Virus record (IMG/VR): IMGVR_UViG_3300042398_001452
DNA from: a virus
Lineage: Duplodnaviria; Heunggongvirae; Uroviricota; Caudoviricetes
Reading direction: 5' to 3' (one strand)
DNA length: 64,000 nucleotides
Positions within the stretch are counted from its first letter, which is position 1, and the number at the start of each line of letters is the position of its first letter. Positions 32,838-41,415 of the stretch are shown one piece after another. Below the pieces are notes generated by a model. That model saw only the letters and a list, made by a program, of their open reading frames with translations, made no database searches and was not told the DNA's origin. The translations under genes were made by a program, and so were the position numbers.

Positions 32838-33410
32838 ATGGTAAGATTATTAAAATTTGAATCTTTTCTAAATGAATCATCAAATTCTGTGATAGATCTA
32901 GTTAAGGATTTAGCTATAAGATTACATGGAGATCAGAAGAGAAAATATAGCGGTGATCCTTATTACACACATCTCTTTAGAGTTTCCGATACTGTTAGAG
33001 AATACGGAGGCGATGATTCTATGATTATGGCAGCCTTGTTACACGATGTTATAGAAGATACACCAACAACAGACGAGGAGCTTATCTTAGAATTAGAAAC
33101 AATAGTAGATCCACAAATGGCTAGGGACATTGTTAATTTAGTTGTTGAATTAACTGATGTGTATACGAAGGAAAATTTTCCAGATTTAAACAGAAGAGCT
33201 AGAAAAGAAATGGAAGCCAAAAGACTTGGAGAGATTTCTTCTAGAGCACAAACTATAAAATATGCAGATCTTTTAGATAACGGTGAGGATATAATGAAGA
33301 ATGATCCCTCGTTTGGTAGGGTTTATATCAAGGAGAAAGAAAGAATACTTAATTATATGAACTTTGGCGATAGGACATTATATAATAAGTGCTTGGATTC
33401 AATATATTAG
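32838..33410 (+). CDS. HD-domain (p)ppGpp-hydrolase-like protein (small alarmone hydrolase-like) with leader MVRLLKFESF, 190 aa
   Basis: LHGDQKRKYSGDPYYTHLFRVSDTV...MIMAALLHDVIEDT matches the Rel/SpoT HD hydrolase core (H..Q.R.SG.PY..H...VA......D....AALLHDv.EDT). Confidence 0.75.
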   Translation: MVRLLKFESFLNESSNSVIDLVKDLAIRLHGDQKRKYSGDPYYTHLFRVSDTVREYGGDDSMIMAALLHDVIEDTPTTDEELILELETIVDPQMARDIVNLVVELTDVYTKENFPDLNRRARKEMEAKRLGEISSRAQTIKYADLLDNGEDIMKNDPSFGRVYIKEKERILNYMNFGDRTLYNKCLDSIY

Positions 33411-33416
33411 AAATAT

Positions 33417-33839
33417 ATGAAGAAATTAAATATAGGTTCATTTGAAGTCTTACCTAAAGATAAAGAATATTCAAGTCCCTCGGAATTTCTTAATAATTAC
33501 TCTAGAAAAACACCCAATAGTGAGGGTATAATAATAGCGGATAGTAGATTGGCAAATTATCTAATATCGCAATTTAAACAATTAAAAGTTGGAGATTATC
33601 TTAAAAACTATTACTATACATTCACTACTGAAATAACTATAGTCTATGATCCTTTTGGAACAGGTAATTATAAGGAAGCTATTATAGATGATCCTGAGGA
33701 GGTTATAAATTTTCAAAATGGAGAGCCAGCAATGGGATACGACGAGGATGGGGATAATGAAGAATTTTTCAAAGGTGCTGGTAAGATAGAGGATTGGAGA
33801 GAGGAGAAATCAATATTTTTCTTAGTTAGAGTGATATGA
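33417..33839 (+). CDS. hypothetical protein (140 aa)
   Basis: Track ORF in the same-strand run. Confidence 0.55.
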   Translation: MKKLNIGSFEVLPKDKEYSSPSEFLNNYSRKTPNSEGIIIADSRLANYLISQFKQLKVGDYLKNYYYTFTTEITIVYDPFGTGNYKEAIIDDPEEVINFQNGEPAMGYDEDGDNEEFFKGAGKIEDWREEKSIFFLVRVI

Positions 33840-34267
33840 ATTTAGAGGAGTCGCTATATAAGTGGATAGTAAAAATAGCTTCTAAAGATTTTGGTCCTGC
33901 TTGTCCCTATGCTTTAAAAGCGCTAACCAATAATCAGGTTATTCTTACCGATGATGGGGTTCCTATTCCAGATGTATTACCCCTTAAAGATGGAGTATCT
34001 GTTTGCGTTGTTCCTAGATTAGGTATCGATTATGATGATCTGGTAATGGTTTGCTATTACTACAATAAAATATTTTCTGATTATATATTTTTAGATACAC
34101 ACCCAGATGAGACTCTAAGACTTAATGGAAAAAAGACCGTATGGGAATATCCCGCTATAATTATACAAAATAAAGTGGAGCTATTAGAAGCAAGATCCCA
34201 GCTGAATAAGATCGGATTCTATAAAAACTGGGATAAGGATCTTTTAGACGATTTAGGCATACCATGA
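33836..34267 (+). CDS. hypothetical protein (143 aa)
   Basis: Track ORF with ATGA overlap with the upstream gene. Confidence 0.55.
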   Translation: MNLEESLYKWIVKIASKDFGPACPYALKALTNNQVILTDDGVPIPDVLPLKDGVSVCVVPRLGIDYDDLVMVCYYYNKIFSDYIFLDTHPDETLRLNGKKTVWEYPAIIIQNKVELLEARSQLNKIGFYKNWDKDLLDDLGIP

Positions 34268-34602
34268 AGGATATTGTTATGTTCAAAACAGAATCGGACG
34301 ACTATTCAAAATTCATAGTAAACTTTGGCATCGTCCCAACATTGGTTTTGTTAGAAAAATTTGAAAAATTAGAGCTATATGAGGAATGTCAAAAGATTCT
34401 TAAGGGAATATCAAAATTAAACGCAAAAGCTAACATCTATAAGGAAACAAAGCTCACTGAGGAGCTAATAAATGACGTTATAGACGATTATAAGAAAATG
34501 GGAATGGTAGATATGGACAGGGAGAAATTAATGCAGCGTGCGGAAAGATACGCATCTTCTTTTATAACTAATAATTCCTTCCTAATTTATAGAACCAAAT
34601 AG
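34264..34602 (+). CDS. hypothetical protein (112 aa)
   Basis: Track ORF with ATGA overlap. Confidence 0.55.
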   Translation: MKDIVMFKTESDDYSKFIVNFGIVPTLVLLEKFEKLELYEECQKILKGISKLNAKANIYKETKLTEELINDVIDDYKKMGMVDMDREKLMQRAERYASSFITNNSFLIYRTK

Positions 34603-34621
34603 GATATATATTTAATCCTAC

Positions 34622-34828
34622 GTGAATAAAATTATGGGTTTTAACGAAGATTTTTTTTATCATGTGTATAATGAAGTTCATGAGAAAGATATTTCTAATG
34701 AGTTTTATAAACAGCTGGACAAAATGAAGTATCAGGATAAGCATAAACATAAAACTGTAAAAGAACAATGGGAATATGCTTATTTAAAAATTATCAATAA
34801 TAAAAATGAAGCACATAAAACTATTTGA
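34622..34828 (+). CDS. hypothetical protein (68 aa)
   Basis: Track ORF. End overlaps the start of the next gene. Confidence 0.4.
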   Translation: MNKIMGFNEDFFYHVYNEVHEKDISNEFYKQLDKMKYQDKHKHKTVKEQWEYAYLKIINNKNEAHKTI

Positions 34829-35309
34829 AAACTTTGATTCGATTAACGAGTCAGAATTTATTGCGGGAGACTATAAGATGTCAGCAACAAAGGACGGAGA
34901 AATACAAGTTGTTGACTCTGCTAATAATAAAACTTATATCTACCTTGTTAGCGCAGGTATGGTTGGTATAAAGGTTAAGGATTTCCCCGAAGGAAATTCT
35001 ATATTAGTTACCGCTTTAGGTAAAAGTATAAAAAGCCCTTTGTCTAAGGACGGATCAACTATAAAAGCAATTAAGGATAATATAGGAAAATCAAAAATAA
35101 AATTTGAACTTCCTGCTGCTTCACTTACTTTAAGCTGTAAATCAGGTTGTGATAAAGGAGCAGAGAACGTTGCAAATATTAAAATATCTAAAGAGGAATT
35201 TGATATCGATTTAGATGATATTATAGATACAGCAAAAGATGCAGGTCACAATATTATTAAAGCAGTTGAAGGCGGTGCAGAGAAACTTAAATCGCTCCTT
35301 AAGTGGTAA
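34806..35309 (+). CDS. leader-family protein (MKHIKLFENF), 167 aa
   Basis: Track ORF with leader at N-terminus. Confidence 0.65.
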   Translation: MKHIKLFENFDSINESEFIAGDYKMSATKDGEIQVVDSANNKTYIYLVSAGMVGIKVKDFPEGNSILVTALGKSIKSPLSKDGSTIKAIKDNIGKSKIKFELPAASLTLSCKSGCDKGAENVANIKISKEEFDIDLDDIIDTAKDAGHNIIKAVEGGAEKLKSLLKW

Positions 35310-35361
35310 ATCTTTTTTTTTAATAATTCTTTATTTCTACATTTGTTTTAAATAAAAACAG

Positions 35362-35523
35362 ATGTATATTAAGCAAATCCTAATTTTAATTTTTACCGCT
35401 GGAATAATCCTAGGTATATTATCGATTGTTAATAATCTATCCTATGGGTATGGAATTACTATAACATCGTTTATTTTCTTTATATTAGTAATAATTATAT
35501 TAAACGAAAAAAACAACAAATGA
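35362..35523 (+). CDS. possible 53-aa membrane peptide
   Basis: Hydrophobic small ORF after a T-run motif variant. Overlaps the next small membrane ORF (ATGA). Confidence 0.35.
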   Translation: MYIKQILILIFTAGIILGILSIVNNLSYGYGITITSFIFFILVIIILNEKNNK

Positions 35524-35708
35524 GACTACACTTAATTGCTTTTCTAATTTTTTTGTTAATAACCAGTACTATTTGGTATTTTTTAACAAGCCCAGAAATA
35601 ATTACATGGATTTTGGGTATGGCGATATTATTTTTCACAATTCTTGGAATGATAGAGCTATACAAATTTATTTATAGATCTGTTAAAAATATATTTGGAA
35701 ATGAGTAA
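35520..35708 (+). CDS. small membrane protein (62 aa)
   Basis: Track ORF with two hydrophobic segments. Confidence 0.45.
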   Translation: MRLHLIAFLIFLLITSTIWYFLTSPEIITWILGMAILFFTILGMIELYKFIYRSVKNIFGNE

Positions 35709-35979
35709 AGCTAAAGGAACATGGATTAAATCCAGCGGGAAGGTTATAGAAATGGAGTTTTCTAAAAAAATGATAACTCTAAAAGAACTTCAGGATTGCG
35801 TAGATGGATATATTGAATTTATCTGGCTTAGAGAGGGTAAGATCCTAGTAGTTAATGAGGATGGCAAAATTAACGGGATGGAGACGAATTCTTTTGCAAG
35901 TGCTCTTATACAAAATGAAGGTATAAATGACTATATAGTCGGAAATGCACTTTTAATAGATTCAAAATACGTAGACTAA
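35695..35979 (+). CDS. hypothetical protein (94 aa)
   Basis: Track ORF. Confidence 0.5.
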   Translation: MEMSKAKGTWIKSSGKVIEMEFSKKMITLKELQDCVDGYIEFIWLREGKILVVNEDGKINGMETNSFASALIQNEGINDYIVGNALLIDSKYVD

Positions 35980-35985
35980 ATTAAA

Positions 35986-36153
35986 TGGATAAGAAAGAAA
36001 AACCTAAACAACCTAATTCTTTTTACGCTTACAATTCTTTAAGAAAGAAAGTTATGAAAAATCCTAACCCAGAAGAAAAAGACTGGATAAGATTAAAGTA
36101 TGAAGATAAAATGGATTGGATAAACAAATACGGAAAAATTTTAGAATTTTAAT
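35986..36153 (+). CDS. possible 55-aa basic protein
   Basis: MDKKEKPKQPNSFYAYNSLRKKVMKNPNPEEKDWIRLKYEDKMDWINKYGKILEF. Loose HMG-box-like composition. Low confidence. Confidence 0.3.
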
Positions 36154-36232
36154 AAATCTTTTTTTTATAAAAATTTTAATATCTACCTTTGTTTCTGTAT
36201 AATTAATTTATTAATAATTTAAATTTTAGCTT

Positions 36233-36574
36233 ATGGCTGTTAAAATGACATCATCAGATTTGATGAAAGAGTACTTCAATGGGGTTCTAAGTAGAGCCGA
36301 TCATCACGCACAAGGGGTTCAAGAAATATCTTTAGCTCTAATGGGTGCAGTAATTTGGAAGAGTGAAGGGGATATAGAGGTTAAGTCCGTAAAAGACGGA
36401 GGAATGGGAAACATCTTATGGTTTAATACAGGGAGTGAAAGATACGCAATGTATTACAATCACGAGACCATTAGTATTGAAATGAGAGCTAGAACAATGA
36501 ATGGTGATACACTACACGTGTTTAATAACGAAACACCAATCTCTGAGGTTTTTGAAATCTTTAAAAATCTTTAG
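36233..36574 (+). CDS. hypothetical protein (113 aa)
   Basis: Track ORF. Confidence 0.55.
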   Translation: MAVKMTSSDLMKEYFNGVLSRADHHAQGVQEISLALMGAVIWKSEGDIEVKSVKDGGMGNILWFNTGSERYAMYYNHETISIEMRARTMNGDTLHVFNNETPISEVFEIFKNL

Positions 36575-36596
36575 TCTAGAAAAAAATAAAAAATGT

Positions 36597-36827
36597 ATGA
36601 AGATTCAACTTAGAAATCTTGGACTGTGGACTATTATCGGGATGATAATGGTATACATCCTATCAATGAATTTATTCTTTGAATATGTTATCAATAGAGA
36701 GGTGCCTCAAATTATTCAAGCAGCCGGACTATTGATATCAATGGCTTACACCGTGTTCATGATAAGGATAATCGTTTGGAACGTATCCAGATTAATAAAC
36801 ATAAAAAAAGAAAAACAAAATGATTAG
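36597..36827 (+). CDS. small membrane protein (76 aa; track ORF 36501..36827 trimmed to ATG 36597)
   Basis: MKIQLRNLGLWTIIGMIMVYIL... is hydrophobic. Confidence 0.5.
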   Translation: MKIQLRNLGLWTIIGMIMVYILSMNLFFEYVINREVPQIIQAAGLLISMAYTVFMIRIIVWNVSRLINIKKEKQND

Positions 36828-37722
36828 TTTAGTTATAATAGTAATATCCCTAATAGTAGCAGGGATTAAATTTTTAAATGCTTTTAGAAATGATGATTCA
36901 AAAGGCAAAACTTTTGCAATCGTTATAGCGGTTGTTGGTATTTTAGTAGGATTAGTACAGCCTTTCTCATTCGAAAGAATTGATGCGGGGAACAAGGGAC
37001 TAAAAGTTAATTTAACGGGATCTGAAAGAGGAGTATCTTCATACCAATATAAAACAGGTTGGGTATTTTATAATGTTTGGACAGAGCAGGTAAAAGAATT
37101 CCCTTTATTCCAACAACACATCGAATACGATGCTCAAACTGTAATTACAAAAGGAGGATTTGCAGCTACCATTAAACCCTCGTTTAATTATTCATTACGT
37201 GAAGATGCTATTGGTGAGATGTTTGTCAACTTGAGATTAGACATTAAGGAAGTTGAACAAGGATGGTTAAAGAATGCTATCGTTTCATCTGTTAATGATG
37301 TTGCTAACCGATGGGAAGTTGATGCTATCTTTAATAAAAGGGAAGAGTTTGAATCTGCAATTATTTTAGAATGTAACAAAAGAGTTTCTAAATGGTTTAC
37401 AGTATCTCAGTTAAGAACTAACATTATTCCACCGAAGTCATTACAACAAGCAATTGAAGGTAAAACAAAGGCTGTACAAGAAGCACAAGCTGCACAACAA
37501 AGAACGTTGGTTGCTCAGGCTGAGGCTTTAGAAAAAATGGCAATTGCAAGAGGTGACTCAGCAAAGACTATTATCAACGCAAATGCAGCTGCACTTGCAA
37601 TGAAGATCAAGCAAAAGGAATTAACTCCTTTATATGTAGAGTTTATTAAAGCTTCGGCTTGGGACGGAAAACTTCCTACAACTGTAGCAGGAGGATCCGG
37701 AACATTTTTGAATATTAAATAA
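36820..37722 (+). CDS. SPFH/band-7 (stomatin/HflK-C/prohibitin-like) membrane protein, 300 aa
   Basis: N-terminal TM helix, then a long region with a coiled-coil (QEAQAAQQRTLVAQAEALEKMAIARGDSAKTIINANAAALAM) typical of SPFH proteins. Confidence 0.6.
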   Translation: MISLVIIVISLIVAGIKFLNAFRNDDSKGKTFAIVIAVVGILVGLVQPFSFERIDAGNKGLKVNLTGSERGVSSYQYKTGWVFYNVWTEQVKEFPLFQQHIEYDAQTVITKGGFAATIKPSFNYSLREDAIGEMFVNLRLDIKEVEQGWLKNAIVSSVNDVANRWEVDAIFNKREEFESAIILECNKRVSKWFTVSQLRTNIIPPKSLQQAIEGKTKAVQEAQAAQQRTLVAQAEALEKMAIARGDSAKTIINANAAALAMKIKQKELTPLYVEFIKASAWDGKLPTTVAGGSGTFLNIK

Positions 37723-37805
37723 TATTAAGGTGCCGGTATAATAGGCAAGGCTTAATTGAGATAAGCCCTTCCCATCTCGAAGGATAAAATCTCAGCCTTA
37801 ATTTT

Positions 37806-37946
37806 AGTCAGGTGGCGGAATGATGGTACAAAGAGTAATTGTATGTACTTGATACGGAAGACGCTCATTAGAAGGTTCCTATAAAGCAATGGTTAATATC
37901 GTGGAGCTTTGGTATTAACATACAGGTTCGAATCCTGTCCTGACTA
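37806..37946 (+). tRNA. tRNA-like element: 7-bp acceptor stem (AGTCAGG/CCTGACT) plus canonical T-arm (ACAGG-TTCGAAT-CCTGT), but 141 nt long (about 65 nt more than a tRNA)
   Basis: Perfect acceptor pairing and GGTTCGAATCC T-loop seen directly. No clean D/anticodon arms could be drawn by eye, so it may be an interrupted or insertion-bearing tRNA or another tRNA-like RNA. Confidence 0.3.
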
Positions 37947-37960
37947 CTTAAAAAAATAAG

Positions 37961-38275
37961 ATGCCATACAAGACAGAAAAATTGAAGCTTGATTCGCCAT
38001 TCTTAGATAAGAGAGTAAAGCTATTACCTTGTCAGAAAGAAATGATTTTGTACTGGACTAAAGAAGGATTAAGCCAAAGAAAGATTGCAGCTATGTTTAA
38101 AGTTTCAAGAAGACTTATAACCTTTATACAAGATCCAAAGAAGAAAGAAAGGGATTTGGAAAATAGAGCAGCTCGTGGAGGTAGTATGGCTTATTATAAA
38201 GGCGGCGAAGAATGGAATGAAACTATGAAGAAACATAGAAGAAGAAAGAATGAACTATTAAAACATTTAGTATGA
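37961..38275 (+). CDS. small basic protein with helix-turn-helix (GLSQRKIAAMFKVSRRLI), 104 aa
   Basis: HTH-like segment. Lies directly downstream of the tRNA-like element. Confidence 0.5.
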   Translation: MPYKTEKLKLDSPFLDKRVKLLPCQKEMILYWTKEGLSQRKIAAMFKVSRRLITFIQDPKKKERDLENRAARGGSMAYYKGGEEWNETMKKHRRRKNELLKHLV

Positions 38276-38829
38276 AAGGTAAGCTGTATAAAACTAATAA
38301 TGATACTTATATTCTCGTAGACCCAACCAAAGAAACTTACGATAAAGGACATCTTCTCGGAACATCAAGAGAAAGTGATGTAAATAAACTATTCATTAAA
38401 AACTGTCAAGCAATTGAAAATGGCTATGACTTGGATAATTTGGCTGACAGTTGGGTCTTTGAAAAAAACGGACACAAGTGGTCAAATAACGATGGAACTG
38501 CGGGGGATAACTATGGATCTTTCAAAGCTGGTTTTGAAAGAGCACTTGAGTTGATGGAAGAAAGGTATTACACTAAGGATCAAATGATGATGTTAGCTGG
38601 ATATGTAGCAGGAATGTTATCAAGAAATAAAGAAATCCCTGCCCTTGATATAAAAAAAGAGTCTTTAGATTTTATCGACTCTATGGAACAAAAAGAATGG
38701 GACGTTGAGATTGAGATGGAGCCTTATCACGATGGTGAATTTGTAGATGATGGTAAAACACATATTTTTGAACCAAAATGGAAACCATTATTAGATGAAA
38801 ATGGATGTTTAATTCTTAAAAGATTATGA
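38272..38829 (+). CDS. hypothetical protein (185 aa)
   Basis: Track ORF with ATGA overlap. Confidence 0.55.
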   Translation: MKGKLYKTNNDTYILVDPTKETYDKGHLLGTSRESDVNKLFIKNCQAIENGYDLDNLADSWVFEKNGHKWSNNDGTAGDNYGSFKAGFERALELMEERYYTKDQMMMLAGYVAGMLSRNKEIPALDIKKESLDFIDSMEQKEWDVEIEMEPYHDGEFVDDGKTHIFEPKWKPLLDENGCLILKRL

Positions 38830-39152
38830 AACAAGAGAAATGGGATAAACTCCACAAAGAACTTGATGATGCTTTAGATTCAGAATTTGGAAAAGCTAAA
38901 TTAGCACTTAGAAAATATATTTCCGATAATAAAGAAAAAGTTACTAGCGATTTAGAACAAATGAGGGAACTGTCAAATAGAGATAAACAAGGATCATTAG
39001 AAGAAATTGCAGCTAATCTTGCTGATCCTAATATATGTAAAACTGATAATTGGATAGCAGGCGCTAAATGGATGCAGGAACAGATGGAAAAGTTAAAATA
39101 CTTTGATACTTGGAAAGAATGGAAAAGCAGCGGTATAATTAAATCTGAATAG
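38826..39152 (+). CDS. hypothetical protein (108 aa)
   Basis: Track ORF. Confidence 0.55.
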   Translation: MKQEKWDKLHKELDDALDSEFGKAKLALRKYISDNKEKVTSDLEQMRELSNRDKQGSLEEIAANLADPNICKTDNWIAGAKWMQEQMEKLKYFDTWKEWKSSGIIKSE

Positions 39153-39153
39153 A

Positions 39154-39492
39154 ATGAGAGCAAGAGTCGAATACATTTTTCATAGAGAATTTAAAAATGA
39201 TACATCTTTTACAGAAAAGCCTACATTATTGCAGGCAATGTTCCCTAGGAAATATTCTGATACTGAGATGAGAGAAACATTTCATAGGGGTGCTAGAATT
39301 GGTATTGAAATAGGATTAAACGAATCATCTCCACAGGGACAGAGAATACAATTGGATAGAAATACCGATTCTAAACATAAAGAGTTTCTTGAAAAAATGT
39401 ATGCACTTTGTGACGAATATAAATGCTCAATCGAATATCACCCGGAAGTGGGAATGATTGTTTTAGATAAAATGAATAGTTATGAAAGATAA
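39154..39492 (+). CDS. hypothetical protein (112 aa)
   Basis: Track ORF. Confidence 0.55.
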   Translation: MRARVEYIFHREFKNDTSFTEKPTLLQAMFPRKYSDTEMRETFHRGARIGIEIGLNESSPQGQRIQLDRNTDSKHKEFLEKMYALCDEYKCSIEYHPEVGMIVLDKMNSYER

Positions 39493-39685
39493 TAAACAAA
39501 CACCAGTGGAAAGAATATTTGAACAATTTAATCTGCTATCGGATGCTGAGTTTAAATCGTGGATGCTAAATCAGCATGATAATTTACACGAAGCAGAAAG
39601 AAGAATTCTTATAGAAGAATATACGAAAGGAAAAAGGGAGGGTAAAAGATTAACAACAACAAGCACTTTAGTAAGAGGAAAATGA
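39482..39685 (+). CDS. hypothetical protein (67 aa)
   Basis: Track ORF. Confidence 0.45.
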   Translation: MKDNKQTPVERIFEQFNLLSDAEFKSWMLNQHDNLHEAERRILIEEYTKGKREGKRLTTTSTLVRGK

Positions 39686-39927
39686 ATAGATTAATTTTAA
39701 TTGTAATTTCATCGGTATCGATTTTAACATCTTGCTCTGAGAGAAGAGGAAATAAAGCTCCTGAGTCAAAAAGAATGGAACTAGATTCTACATCACAATA
39801 CTACGATCAAAACTATGAAGTTTATAATCTTGAAGGCTGTGAGTATGTTGTATTTGGGTATGGTAATACTAGATGGGGATCTCACAAAGGAAACTGTAAA
39901 AATCCGATTCATAATGGAAACAAATAG
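39682..39927 (+). CDS. putative lipoprotein (81 aa)
   Basis: MNRLILIVISSVSILTSCSE is a signal peptide plus lipobox-like LTSC. Confidence 0.5.
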   Translation: MNRLILIVISSVSILTSCSERRGNKAPESKRMELDSTSQYYDQNYEVYNLEGCEYVVFGYGNTRWGSHKGNCKNPIHNGNK

Positions 39928-40120
39928 AATAGTAACTTTTAGCTGTAGTAATAAGATACACATCTATGAAAAAGGATGTGGAAAAATACCAAATCCACCT
40001 TATAAAAGACACGAGAATATAGATTCCGCTGTTTTTTATATGTCTCAAATATTAGGTGTTAATGATATAGAAATAGTTCTAGAGGAAAAAATTAAGAAAG
40101 AAGATTATGGAATTAACTAA
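39914..40120 (+). CDS. hypothetical protein (about 68 aa; track ORF 39815..40120 trimmed to avoid a 110-nt overlap)
   Basis: Internal ATG (METNRIV..) gives a coupled start. Confidence 0.4.
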   Translation: METNRIVTFSCSNKIHIYEKGCGKIPNPPYKRHENIDSAVFYMSQILGVNDIEIVLEEKIKKEDYGIN

Positions 40121-40328
40121 AGATCAGAAGGATTTTATTGTAAAAAAATACAAATCCGTAGACATGGAGAATTTTCCATTTGAAGAGAAAGTAGAGATCA
40201 TTGTTGATTATATGCTAGATGATAATATAGAAGACCTCTCTGATGACGAAAATGGTGACGCGCACGAAGATCTATATAATGCAGTTTGGGAATATTTAGA
40301 AGAAAATATGGTAGGGCCTATTAATTAG
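40107..40328 (+). CDS. hypothetical acidic protein (73 aa)
   Basis: Track ORF. Confidence 0.5.
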   Translation: MELTKDQKDFIVKKYKSVDMENFPFEEKVEIIVDYMLDDNIEDLSDDENGDAHEDLYNAVWEYLEENMVGPIN

Positions 40329-40381
40329 AAATAGGTGTTCTCGAAATAAAGAACCTCAAATTTATTGTTGATATCAATCAG

Positions 40382-40420
40382 AATCGTTTTTTATAAAGAT
40401 CTGATATCCCTACATTAGCT
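40382..40420 (+). promoter_or_regulatory. EPM variant
   Basis: AATCGTTTTTTATAAAGATCTGATATCCCTACATTAGCT upstream of the 40435 ORF. Confidence 0.4.
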
Positions 40421-40434
40421 TAAAATAAGAAAAT

Positions 40435-40734
40435 ATGGATCTAAAAAAATATTTAAAAACTCAAGGATATTACGAGATAAAAGAAATATCAGGGAGGGGA
40501 ATATGTGGTCTTAATGATTTCGTTTTTACTACTGGTCTTATAATAGGAATGAATGAGATAGGATACTTTGGAAGATACTGTTATAAAACTAGACAAGAGG
40601 CATTGGATGCTATTAACTCTTGGAACGGGAAAAAAGATCCTCCTGGAAATTGGATAAAGTATAAAGGAGAAGGAGGAGAGAGAGAAAATCCCAATAATAT
40701 TAACGGATGTTTAAATTGTTCTAAAAATGGATAA
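40435..40734 (+). CDS. hypothetical protein (99 aa)
   Basis: Track ORF with an EPM-variant upstream. Confidence 0.55.
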   Translation: MDLKKYLKTQGYYEIKEISGRGICGLNDFVFTTGLIIGMNEIGYFGRYCYKTRQEALDAINSWNGKKDPPGNWIKYKGEGGERENPNNINGCLNCSKNG

Positions 40735-41332
40735 GATTTTTTTACCTGAGAATTTAGTAGGAATGGTTTCAAAAGGAAGAGATTCTTTGTCTCATCTTAT
40801 GATGCTTAGAGAATCAGCTCCTGATATTGTTGAAAGATATGATTCTAGAGAGAAATTCAGAACCGGAGTGTCGTGGCATGTTCCTACACAATCTCTTATA
40901 GACTTATTGAAGACACATTCACCGCTAGTCTCTGTCGGAAGTGGATTTGCTTATACAGAAAGTATTGCTAAAGAACAAGGGGCTGATATAATACCAACTG
41001 ATTTAAAACCTAATTCTAGCAATGGGTGGTGTAGAGATGGCCAATTTTTTTGTGATGTAGAAGAGATAGAATCTGTTGATGCTGTTAAAAAATATAAAGA
41101 CAGGAACGTTTTTATGGCTTGGCCTCCTTATGATACATCTATGGCTTATGATGTAGCTTTAGCTATGACTCCAGGAACACATTTAATATATGTTGGAGAA
41201 GGATGGGGAGGATGTAACGGGGATGATGAATTTTTTCAATGTTTACGAGACCAATTTGAAGAGATTGATGATTTAGAAATACCAAAATGGTTTGGACTGA
41301 ATGATGCTTGTTCGGTTTATCGAAAAAAATAA
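40727..41332 (+). CDS. hypothetical protein (201 aa)
   Basis: Track ORF. Confidence 0.6.
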   Translation: MDKIFLPENLVGMVSKGRDSLSHLMMLRESAPDIVERYDSREKFRTGVSWHVPTQSLIDLLKTHSPLVSVGSGFAYTESIAKEQGADIIPTDLKPNSSNGWCRDGQFFCDVEEIESVDAVKKYKDRNVFMAWPPYDTSMAYDVALAMTPGTHLIYVGEGWGGCNGDDEFFQCLRDQFEEIDDLEIPKWFGLNDACSVYRKK

Positions 41333-41415
41333 AAAAATAAAATAATCCTTTTTTTATAAGGATTTAATAAACTACCTTAGAGGACAATTTTAAAACTAAT
41401 AAGAATTAAGAAAAA

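Noticed and set aside
35308-36195. T-run motifs AAATCTTTTTTTTTAATAATTCTTTATTTCTACATTTG (35308) and AATCTTTTTTTTATAAAAATTTTAATATCTACCTTTG (36156) as further EPM copies
   Set aside because: Only the T-run and a CTAC(A/C)TTTG box are shared. The TAGAAAA and TTAGCTATG boxes are missing. Possibly a different (middle-class?) promoter type, but not supportable by eye.
41336-41372. AATCCTTTTTTTATAAGGATT upstream of the second sigma gene scored as an EPM promoter copy
   Set aside because: It is better explained as an inverted repeat (AATCCTT/AAGGATT) with the T-run in the loop, following the 40727..41332 stop. The downstream TAGAAAATTCTATAT box is absent.
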